The translations under genes and the position numbers were made by a program. 64,000 nucleotides of DNA from Epithemia pelagica (lineage: Eukaryota; Protista; Bacillariophyta): contig OX337240.1 in assembly GCA_946965045.2 (NCBI GenBank), forward strand, positions 1,178,001-1,242,000. The letters are read 5' to 3'. Each line of letters starts with the position of its first letter. Position 1 is the first letter of the stretch. The notes beneath the pieces are model-generated. The model saw only the letters and a program-made list of their open reading frames with translations, was not told the DNA's origin and ran no database searches. This document shows positions 1 to 9,726 of this stretch, piece after piece.

Positions 1-480
1 AGAGATCGAGCTGACTATCACGCGCATGCAACAATTTTAATGCGCACAAGCCCGCGATCAAACCACGAATAATGCGCGCCACACTCCGATAATGCGCACT
101 ACAACTATCTGGCGCGCTCGACCCCCCCGAGACGCGCATGACGCAACCCTCATGCGCAAGCGTCTGTCCCCTCACCTTTGAATCACGAATTTCCACTCCC
201 ACCACATCACACAGTAGCTGCCAGAAAGACTGACGCACATGGATGTCCCAAAGAATGTCTCAGATGGATCCTCCTTCCCAATCACCCAAACCGCGGGGAT
301 TACCAACTCGACACTCTGATCCATCGAACAAAACCGAACAACTTAGCATACTAGTCATTCAACAATCAACGACCACAAGAATCGATGCTCATTCATCTCC
401 CTCCACCTCCACCCAACACACCACGACAAACAACAACAGCAGCAGCAGCAACAACAGCAATCGATCACCCAACGCTATCG

Positions 481-1435
481 AGATTCCCCTGTTCAATCCC
501 ATTATCTATCCAGCTTCTTTCATCAACCTAACAGCTCTGCCATTCCAATCACGCTACAATTAAAGCGGCTTGGGGCATCTGTCTGATTGTTGCTTGGTTC
601 CTTTTCAGCCACCTTTTTGTTGCTTGCTTTCTCTCTGCCGAGATTCCCTTTTCAATCCTTTCACCTATCCAACTTCTTTCACCAACCTAACAGCTCTGCC
701 ATTCCAATCACGCTACAATTAAAGCGGCTTGGGGCATCTGTCTGATTGTTGCTTGGTTCCTTTTCAGCCACCTTTTTTTGCTTGCTTCCTCTTCAGCCAC
801 CTTCACTCCAAAACCGCTGCACCAGAAGAAGAGGAAGAGGAACTCAAGCACGGCCAGAGCATTCGAGACATTGACACTTGCACTATCTTGCAGCTCTGCC
901 ATTCCAATCACGCTACAACTAAAGCGGCTTGGGGCATCTGTCTGATTGTTGCTTGCTTCTTTTCAACCACGACCTTCACTCCAAAACCGCTACAACAGGA
1001 AAACAAGAAGAAGAGGAACCCAAGAAGAAGAACGACCACCAGAGCATTCGAAATATTGTCGACATTTGTCCTATCTTTGACACTTGCACTATCTTGCAGC
1101 TCTGCCATTCCAATCACGCTACAACTAAAGCGGCTTGGGGCATCTGTCTGATTGTTGCTTGCTTCTTTTCAACCACGACCTTCACTCCAAAACTGCTACA
1201 ACAGGAAAACAAGAAGAAGAGGAACCCAAGAAGAAGAACGACCACCAGAGCATTCGAAATATTGTCGACATTTTTCCTATCTTTGACACTTGCACTATCT
1301 TGCAGCTCTGCCATTCCAATCACCACGCTACAATTAAAGCGGCTTGGGGCATCTGTCTGATTGTTGCTTGTTTCACTCAGCTCTGTCCTTCATTCCAATC
1401 ACGCTATTACAATTAAAGCGGTTTCGGGCTATCTG
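481..1435 (+). repeat. Mosaic tandem array: six copies of a ~65-bp core separated by related, progressively changing spacers
   Basis: Core CAGCTCTGCCATTCCAATCACGCTACAA(T/C)TAAAGCGGCTTGGGGCATCTGTCTGATTGTTGCTTG starts at 532, 691, 891, 1097, 1303 and (degenerate) 1378. Periods are 159, 200, 206, 206 and 75 bp. Confidence 0.95.
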
Positions 1436-1656
1436 TTAGATTGTTTATCAAGAACCCTCCTGTCCTCGTGATACTCCGACTTGAATAGAACAGACCCAAA
1501 GCAAGCAGTGTGACACGGTGGTAGCCAGTTGCTTCTGTTCTATTCTTGTCGCGAGATTGCTTGGACAACCAACCAACCCCTGGTTTTGGAGTAGCAAATT
1601 CTGGCACCGATTCATCTTCGTCATCTACTTTGCTAACAACAGGGCCTGATCAGGCG

Positions 1657-2867
1657 ATGGAAACTCCTCTACAAGACGATATTCAAAATCAGTTGGCACA
1701 GGAAACACAGACAACAACAGTACACCATAATCAATCATCTTGCCCGACAAGTACGATTGTAACATCCACTACACACAAAGGTTCTGTCGAAAAGGACAAG
1801 AATAAGAAGCAAAAGCCGAAGAAAAAGCCTGAGGTGGTATCGGAGAAGTTCTTTGATACATTTGTTCGGAAGGTGGCATGGCGTTATGTCAAGTATTTCT
1901 CCATGTCCGAAGATACTAAGGCAGATCCGAATGGTCTTTGGGGGAAGTATGGCAAAACATAGTTTACTGAGCACTATTTCAAAGGCAAAGGCATTACGGA
2001 TGCAAAACAACAAGAGGAGTGGTGGATTGAACATTCACCTTATATGCTTGACAAGTTCCGAAGCAAACGATCAAATGTTCTGGCTTCCATGCGAAAAGCA
2101 TTCATAAGTAAGTGTCAATCGAAGAGTGCATGTGTTGGTTCATCACGTCGTCTTCTCATAAAGAGATGTGAGATAATTTGTTGCTGAATCTAGAACATGT
2201 GGGTCTTGATCTATGGCGTGACAGTAATTTCCAGCGGAGGTATCCATGCCTTTTGAACGACTGTGAAGACTTTGGGCCAATGCCTACCCTGGAAGAATTT
2301 CTGTTATTGAGAGGAGAGAAGTGTGACAACTATGCCTATTCATATCTCTTGCAATTGTTTGGTCCATGTGTCTATGGTGAGAATATGCATAAAACCGTGA
2401 TTGATTTCAATTTTGGTGACCACACTGAGCAGCAGGGAAAGGAACATTGTGAAAAGGCCTTGAAGTTATTCACTTCAAGTGACGAGGCGTTCATATTGAC
2501 CATCCTTGTGGATTGCTGGGATGTGTGGACTCACATGGGCAAGACCACTTTCAAGGCGAAACTATTTGAATTAAATCCAAGGTGGTACAATGAAAATGGT
2601 GTTGATCAAATGATTGATACATCCTCAGCAAGGTATCCTCGCTTCAAATATTCAGGCAGTTGGAACTCAAGTCGATGTATGAATGAGGATGGTATGGACT
2701 ATTTTGAGGATATGGAAGAGAAAATCGCTCGTGAAGACAGAGCAGGCGACCGCAGTATCTGGTTCATGATGTTTCTCAATGGGCAATATCGCTCTCGAAT
2801 GGGGTATGCAGATGATGATGCTGTGACAAGGCCCTCTAAAAGGCCACGAAAACGGTCGTGGCAGTGA
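1657..2867 (+). pseudogene. Two-exon hypothetical protein gene with an in-frame TAG; resembles transposon-associated accessory proteins of diatoms
   Basis: ATG at 1657 and in-frame TAG at 1960-1962. The frame continues open after the stop (FTEHYFKGKG...RSKRSNVLASMRKAFI) to a GTAAGT donor at 2108. An AG acceptor at 2192-2193 joins in phase to ORF 2178-2867 (SSDEAFILTILVDCW...KYSGSW...EDGMDYF), giving an 86-nt intron. Confidence 0.7.
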
Positions 2868-3076
2868 TTGATCAGAGTGACAATTGGTTTCATTTCATAT
2901 ACTACTCCTATATAGCTACATGTATTGTGTTCCATTCATTCGCTGGTTGTTAGTGGGAGTGTGTGCATGGTGTTAGTTAAATGCACTGTGTTCAACTTGC
3001 TTGCACTTGATGCTGGAGTAATGCGCATGATGGTGATGTGACACAATCAAGGATGAGTGCATACATAGGAGGGTAT

Positions 3077-3192
3077 GTGATGACTGTTGGTTCTTGACTG
3101 TGCATGAAGGTGGACGATTGTGATGACTGTTGGTTCTTGACTGCGCATGAAGGTGGAGGGATGTGATGACTATTGGTTCTTGACTGTGCATG
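3077..3192 (+). repeat. ~43-bp tandem repeat, 2.7 copies
   Basis: TGTGATGACTGTTGGTTCTTGACTG(T/C)GCATGAAGGTGGA repeated at ~3077, ~3120 and ~3162. Confidence 0.9.
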
Positions 3193-3280
3193 GTGTTGAA
3201 GTTGGTGAAATGTGGGTCATGCGCTTGCTGGTTCTGGAAAGCACATTTTTAGTAATAACGTGAGGAAGGGCCATGCGCAT

Positions 3281-3340
3281 GTTCTTGTAGGTGTGCGCGT
3301 GTTCTTGTAGGTGTGCGCGTGTTCTTGTAGGTGTGCGCGT
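3281..3340 (+). repeat. Perfect 20-bp tandem repeat x3
   Basis: GTTCTTGTAGGTGTGCGCGT x3. Confidence 0.97.
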
Positions 3341-3435
3341 GTCCTGCGCGCGGATGATTCTAGTAGGATGCGCTTAGGGGTGCTTTCTTATCGATAATTA
3401 AACCGCCATAAACTGGCGTACCGTTCCTTCCTTAG

Positions 3436-4905
3436 ATGTACATCATTGAGCAGGGTTTTGATGACGCTCAATCGTTCATGACTGTTGCAGTCCATCAAGT
3501 GCCGTCGATGTTGAAGATGATGGCGAAGACACCTCCAGAGAACGGAGCCTTTCCCTTCAGTGCTAACCTGCAGCTCCACGGCTTCCGAATGTGGCTCGAA
3601 TACCGTTCGTCTCGTGGTCAGGCTCTTAAAGTCTCACTTTTCTCTGATCCGCCCCTGATCAAGAAATGGACCAAACGTACCCAGGAACTGTTTGCACTCA
3701 ACAAGGAAGTTGCCTCCGATGAACTGACCCCACCGAAAGAGTTGACTTCGTTTACTCAGTGGGAGGTGTTTAACGATGCCTTGCTCACGTTCCTCGCACA
3801 GCATCGCAATCCCACAACGGGTGTCCCTTTGACATACGTCCTTCGTGAAACTAAGCCTGTCGGTTCTGAAGCAAGGAATGCTGCCTACGATACTATCGAT
3901 GACGATTTGATTGCTACTACTATCCTGCAAGGTGATCAGTATGCCCTTGACAATCAACGCGTCTTCACACTGATGAAACCTTTCCTTGTTGGCGGACCTG
4001 GCCTGACGTTCATCAAGCCACACCAAAAGAAGAAGGACGGCCGTGAGGCGTATCTTGCGTTGACTCGCCAAGCTACTGGAACAGCAGCTGTCACCATCTG
4101 CAAGAAAGAAGCATACGCTGCTATTGCCGACGCGAAGTTTACAGGCCGCGGTCGTTTCTCGTATCAACAATATGTTCACCGCCATCAGAAAGCTCATAAT
4201 ACGTTGGCTGAACTTGATGAACTTGTTGCCGAAACCAAAAAGGTAACCGATTTCCTCAAAGGTATATCGGATCCCTCTTTGGCGGCGGGAAAGACGGTCG
4301 TCAACGGTGACGCAGCAAAGCTTTCTGATTTTGAAGCATGCCAGCAGTATTTTGGCACGTTGATTGCTGCATCCCGTACCGACAAGACCAATGACGAGAA
4401 TCGAAAGATTGCTGGTGTGGGTACGACTAAGACTAGTGGAAAGAAGAATGGTCGTAACAAGCAGAATAAAAAGAAGACACGTCATTACAGTTTGGATGAA
4501 TGGCGCAAGCTCTCTGATGAAGAGAAGGCCGAAATCCTACGTGCCCGTAAAGAACAGAAAGACAAAGAACAGAAAGACGCTAATGGAAAGCGCAAGGCCG
4601 GAGCCGTGCAAACTGAAGATGAAAATGGCTCTCGCAAGTTGAGTAAAACTGAAACTCCAAAGTCTGATGACATGAAATTAGAGACCACTGACCTGGATGG
4701 GGACGACGCGCCAAACCATTCCGAGCCTGATCCTCCTGTTGCTGATGAACCGACTGTTCCCAAAACCTCAGCCGGAAACAGTTTCGGACGCTTTGCCCAT
4801 AGTAAAAAAGGATCTACAAAGCCGCACAACCCTGATGAAACCAAGGAGCCTACAACTGCCGTTGCAAAAGCTGCCCTTGCTGATAAGGCCACAAAGCAGA
4901 CCTGA
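3436..4905 (+). CDS. gag: Copia Gag (N-terminus probably missing)
   Basis: Diatom Copia Gag-like motifs GVPLTYVLRE, DNQRVFTLMK, DGREAYLAL, ETKKVTDFLKGISDP and YSLDEWRKLS. The ATG is directly preceded by TAG. Confidence 0.85.
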   Translation: MYIIEQGFDDAQSFMTVAVHQVPSMLKMMAKTPPENGAFPFSANLQLHGFRMWLEYRSSRGQALKVSLFSDPPLIKKWTKRTQELFALNKEVASDELTPPKELTSFTQWEVFNDALLTFLAQHRNPTTGVPLTYVLRETKPVGSEARNAAYDTIDDDLIATTILQGDQYALDNQRVFTLMKPFLVGGPGLTFIKPHQKKKDGREAYLALTRQATGTAAVTICKKEAYAAIADAKFTGRGRFSYQQYVHRHQKAHNTLAELDELVAETKKVTDFLKGISDPSLAAGKTVVNGDAAKLSDFEACQQYFGTLIAASRTDKTNDENRKIAGVGTTKTSGKKNGRNKQNKKKTRHYSLDEWRKLSDEEKAEILRARKEQKDKEQKDANGKRKAGAVQTEDENGSRKLSKTETPKSDDMKLETTDLDGDDAPNHSEPDPPVADEPTVPKTSAGNSFGRFAHSKKGSTKPHNPDETKEPTTAVAKAALADKATKQT

Positions 4906-5943
4906 GGCTGTGTGCCCAGTGATGAAATTGATAAAACGAATCTTATCCGTCCACATTTCTCACTTGTAGGCACCCCTACCTTCAGCTTAGCCTTTGCACA
5001 CCGTTTATGTGCTGCCGTATCACAGTCCCATACCACTGATCCGATTGATCTGACATGTGAAATGGACTCGCATGCTGACACTTGTTGTGTTGGTCGCAAC
5101 TTTGTGAAATTGAGGGAACCTGACCGTTACATCACTGTTTCCCCATTCTCAGAGGAATATAAACCCCTCGAGCGTATCCCCGTCACCACGACCGCCACTG
5201 TCTGGACTGATGCCCACAACAATAGTTATCTATTGCTGTTTCACGAGTCGTTATTCTTCGGGGACCGATTGTCCCAATCATTGATTTGTCCCAATCAACT
5301 GCGTTCAAACGGCCTCATTGTCCATGATGTGCCGCGTCAGTTTGACCCTTACAGCACACACAGCATTCGTATTCCCGATGCTGACCTGACCATTCCTCTA
5401 GAAATGTCCGGTGTTATCTCTGGCTTCGCGACCACGAAGCCAACCCCGGAGGAGCTCGAGTCGCTCCCACGGATAGTCATGACTGCTGATTCGGTGTGGC
5501 ACCCTCATTCGTCCACCTTTGCTGCCGCGGAGGAGAAAGCCAATGCATCCAATGCATCTGCTGTCCGCCAAGTTGATCCGAATTCGATTGCCGCATCCTG
5601 TGTCCCGCGATTGGTTGCTGCCGTCCGATCATACGACGAAACCTATGGCTATTGCATGGAACTTGAGAATGACGAGGATGAACTATGCAACCGCTTAGTT
5701 GCTGCCGTTCGAGTGTCCCATCCACCGAGTGCCGAGGACACTGTGGACATTGAGGACCTTGATCCTGACGAATACTTTCTCAAAGCCGTTAAGTCTGCTT
5801 CGTCACGACCAACGAAAGCCGTAAAAGTCTTGCCATCTTCTTCTAAGACTGTACTTGATCCCCAGACCTTGTCTTCTCGATGGAATGTCGGCCTTACTAA
5901 GGCCAAGAAGACTTTACAAGTGACAACCCAGGCTGGGGTCTGA
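4906..5943 (+). pseudogene. pol: Copia Pol, 5' part: aspartic protease and integrase N-terminus, ending at an in-frame TGA
   Basis: In frame with gag. Protease motif EMDSHADTCCVG, plus SLICPNQLRSNG and LSSRWNVGLTKAKKTLQVTTQAGV*. Confidence 0.88.
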
Positions 5944-8900
5944 AATGTCCTTGTCCCATCCGAACGCAAGGTCCGAAAGAAAGCTCCATGGCTCAAATTC
6001 CCGAATGTCAAGGGACGATGGTTTTGCGACGAGATGTTCTCCAAGTGCCCATCGCTTGATCTTCACACGGGTGCTTCCGTATTTACTGATGGAAAGGGCT
6101 ATGATTTTGTCTATCCCTGGAAATCAAAGAAGCAACACCCTGAAGGTCTGATGTCCCTTATCCAGAATGTCGGAATTCCTCAGACGTTAATTTCTGATGG
6201 TGCGCAAGAGCTATTTCATGGACGTTCTCGTGAGATCTGTAATGAGTACCGTATCAAACAAGAAGTGACCGTCCCATACAATCAATGGCAGAATGCCGCC
6301 AAAGCGAGCATCCGTGAGTTGAAGAAAGGTGTTATTAGGAAGTTACGTCAAACTGGTGCACCACGACGCACATGGTCCTATGCGCTGAAGTGGGTTGCCT
6401 CTGTCCGCCAGTTAACTGCCTCTGATATCCCTGAACTTAATGGACGAACGCCATTTGAACACGTTCTTGGATCGACACCCGACATCTCTCCCATGGCTTT
6501 GTTTGATTTCTATCAACCTGTATACTATTATACGCCGTCGCATGACTTCCCTCATGAGCGTAAATGTATTGGGCGCTGGCTTGGTCTTGCCGATGACTGT
6601 ATTGATGACATGGCCTTCAACGTCTTGACAGAGAAAGGTCGAGTTATTGTCCGAAAAGATGTGTGGGCAATCCCTGACGACGATGTGAAAAATCCCACAA
6701 TCCGTCAACAACTGGAAGTCTATGATGGTCTTATCAAGACTCTCCTCGTGGATACATCGCCGTCTTCCGATGAAGATGCCGCCAACGTTTCCCCTGATCC
6801 ACCCGATGACTTCTTTGGAGAAGACGAAAGCAAATCTCTCTTTCCTGCTGCTCTTGACTCCAATACACCTCTCCCTGATGCTGACGACTACACTCCGGAG
6901 GAGTTAGACGAATATCTCACAGCCGAAGTCATGCTGCCGCATGGCGGGGACCAGGCCAGAGCCAAGATCATAGGCCGCTCCAAAGATGAACATGGCCGAC
7001 CAATTGGCAAACGTGATCCAAATCCAATCTTAGACACACGTTTCTATGACGTGCTGTATCCCGATGGATCAACCGAATCTCTTGCTGCCAATCTCATTGC
7101 CGAGAACCTTTACTCTCAAGTCGACACTGAGGGCAACTCCTATGCCATTGTAAAGGATATCATTGGACATCGCAAAACCAAGGACGCTGTCCTCCGAACG
7201 AATCCGGACTGGTTGAATGGCCGTAAACGCCATACAACCGTTGGTTGGGAACATGAGTGTGAACTCTCCGATGGTTCTACTGTTTGGATCCCTCTCAAAG
7301 ATCTCAAAAACGATTCGCCTGTACAACTAGCCGAATATGCCGTTGCGGCGGGGCTTGCCAAAGAACCGGCCTATGCCTGGTGGGTTCCACATACGTTACG
7401 CAAACGTGGTGTAATTCTTGCGAAAGTAAAATCTCGCTATTGGAAACGTACCCACAAATATGGTATTGAACTGCCCAAAACCGTTCCAGAAGCTCTTGAG
7501 ATTGATCGTCGAACGGGGACTGATTTCTGGCGGAAAGCCATCGAAAAGGAGATGAAAAATGTTCGCATTGCCTTTGAATTCCGTGATGATGACAAAGTAC
7601 CAATTGGATACAAACATATCCCATGTCATATGGTCTTTGATATCAAGTCTGATCTTCGCCGTAAAGCCCGACTGGTTGCCGGCGGGCATAAGACTGATCC
7701 ACCGAAGGAATCCACGTACTCCAGTGTTGTATCCCGTGATAGCGTACGAATTGCATTCACTATCGCTGCCCTTAATGGCCTGGACGTGTTGGCCGGGGAC
7801 GTACAAAATGCATACCTCAATGCACCAACAAAAGAGCGAACTTATATTACGGCGGGACTAGAATTTGGTCCCGAAAACGTTGGCCGACCTGCACTGATTG
7901 TTCGTGCTCTGTATGGTTTGAAGAGTTCTGCTGCTCGTTGGCGTGATCACATTGCCGCAACACTTCGTGAAATGAAGTTCAACAGTTGCTTGGCTGACCC
8001 TGATGTCTGGCTTCGACCTCAAGTCCGACCATCTGATGGGTTCCAATACTATGAGTATGTACTTGTCTACATAGACGACATACTCTGTGTCAGTCATGAT
8101 CCGCGATCGATCATGAATGATCTGGAAAAACGGTATACAATCAAACCCGAGAGTATTAAAGACCCAGACGAATACTTGGGATCTGAGATTCGACACTATA
8201 CCATACCAGATACTGACGATCCTGAGAACAAACCCCGATGGGCCATGTCCTCCGACAAATATGTTAAACGTGCCATATCTGAAATTGAGACCGAACTGTC
8301 TAAAGTTGGCCAAAAGCTACAGACACGAGTCTCAACTCTGCTTGCCACTGGGTATCGTCCTGAGATTGACTCATCTCCTGAACTGGACCCCCGACGTGCA
8401 AATTACTATCAGGGACTAATTGGTATCCTTCGTTGGGTTGTGGAACTTGGTCGTATCGATATCATTGTTGCCGTATCACAACTGTCCCGATATCTAGCCA
8501 TGCCACGTGAAGGACACCTCGAACAAGCCTTGCACATTTTTGCATACCTAAAAGCGCATGGACGTTCCACCCTTGTGTTCGACGACACAACTCCGACCTT
8601 CGACGAGGATCGTTTCTTCCAGGCAGACTGGTCTGAATACTACCCTGATGCTAGTGACCCTTTGCCGCCCAATATGCCACCACCTCGTGGACGGGCTGTT
8701 ACCACAACTTGTTTTGTTGATGCCGATCACGCTGGTTGTCTTGCTACGCGTCGCTCACAAACTGGTATTCTTATGTTCTTACAACGAGCACCTATCTTGT
8801 GGTATTCCAAACGACAGAGTACTGTTGAGACATCAACATTTGGCTCTGAATTTGTCGCAATGAAGACTGCCATCGAACAGATAGAGGGTTTCCGTTACAA

Positions 8901-9162
8901 GTTGAGAATGATGGGCATTCCACTTGATGGCGAAACCAATGTGTTCTGTGATAATGAATCTGTGTTCAAGAGTGCAACCATGCCAGAAGTCACTCTGAAG
9001 AAGAAACACAATGCAATTGCTTACCATCGCACACGTGAGGCACAAGCCGCCAACATCGTGCGTATCGCCTGGGAAGAAGGTGAAACCAATCTTGCGGACC
9101 TGCTGACAAAATCGTTACCAGGACCCCGATTGCGTTTTCTAGCACAACGTGTTTTGTGGTGA
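5944..9162 (+). pseudogene. pol: Copia Pol, 3' part: integrase core, reverse transcriptase, RNase H
   Basis: Same frame after the TGA (NVLVPSERKVR...WFCDEMF). Integrase ISDGAQE and WQNAAKASIRELK; RT KARLVAGGH, GDVQNAYL, ALYGLKSS and YVLVYIDDILC; RNase H FVDADHA, STFGSEFVA, DNES and NLADLLTK. Confidence 0.95.
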
Positions 9163-9317
9163 TTACATGATCGAATTCATTGTCCTCACACCCCCTCTTT
9201 TATTGTCCGAATAGACACCCCTCTTAATTGAGAAAAAATAGTCCTGATGGACCGGCCTCTGCTGAAACAAGTCGTGGGCGACCTAGTCGAAATACTTCCG
9301 ATCTAGCTCGCGGGGAC

Positions 9318-9480
9318 TGAATAAATCCCGCCAACAGGTCGCATATTGGCGGATACATGGTCGCATATTGGCGAATATGCATCGCCTACATATGCTGCTA
9401 CGCATCTAGTTTTCTAGTCATAATTTTGGTCTAGCCACTTGTTGCACGCCGTATACACCGTGTTGTAGCGTGTAGTGGCA
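9318..9480 (+). repeat. Probable 3' LTR of Copia element 1 (boundaries uncertain)
   Basis: A purine-rich GCGGGGAC is followed by TG at 9318. Contains an internal direct repeat GGTCGCATATTGGCG (9337, 9359) and a candidate CA end at 9479-9480. No partner LTR is available for confirmation. Confidence 0.4.
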
Positions 9481-9726
9481 AGATTTATACACCTCCTCCA
9501 GTCATTTCTCGTCGCACGTGGCACTGTGGATTCCTCATTCCCCCTAATTCCTCGTAATTCCTAAAGATCACAATTTTTATACCGTGCTATTTTACATGGG
9601 TATGGCAGTGATTCCCCACACTGCATAACACCACCGCCGTAGCCGTAGCCTCCTCCAAGTCTTTTTTCAACCTTCATCGCAGATTGTACCTTGTTTTTTC
9701 TTCCTGACACTAAATCCACTGCAGAG

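Larger units (their letters stand above)
1..3382. mobile_element. Putative degenerate DNA-transposon segment (left end probably outside the window)
   Basis: GCGC/ATGCGCA-rich sequence at both ends (1-240 and 3190-3350). The two ends are loosely similar in inverted orientation: CATGCGCAAGCGTCTGTCCCCTCAC at left versus reverse-complement CATGCGCATGGCCCTTCCTCAC at right. The segment contains several tandem arrays and one nonsense-interrupted gene. The reverse complement of the right end reads CACCCCTAAGCGCATCC. No transposase is visible. Confidence 0.3.
3436..9480 (+). mobile_element. Ty1/Copia LTR retrotransposon (diatom CoDi-like), 5'-truncated and inactivated
   Basis: Gag, protease, integrase, RT and RNase H occur in Copia order in a single reading frame broken by two TGA codons. 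No 5' LTR or PBS is recognisable upstream of gag. Confidence 0.93.

Noticed and set aside
532-600. Hammerhead ribozyme in the array core
   Set aside because: No CTGANGA...GAAA core on either strand (only CTGATTG).
708-1416. Six short ORFs in the array on both strands
   Set aside because: By-products of the tandem repeat; no coding signature.
481-1435. CRISPR-like repeat-spacer appearance
   Set aside because: The repeat is ~65 bp, the spacers are 10-140 bp and homologous to each other, there are no cas genes, and the context is eukaryotic.
3634-5099. Long antisense ORFs (283 and 204 aa) over gag
   Set aside because: Shadow ORFs of a codon-biased gene; no motifs.
9183-9230. CACACCCCCTC / GACACCCCTC as a minus-strand polypurine tract + LTR start
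   Set aside because: It would run into the pol stop; no supporting element structure. Left unresolved.
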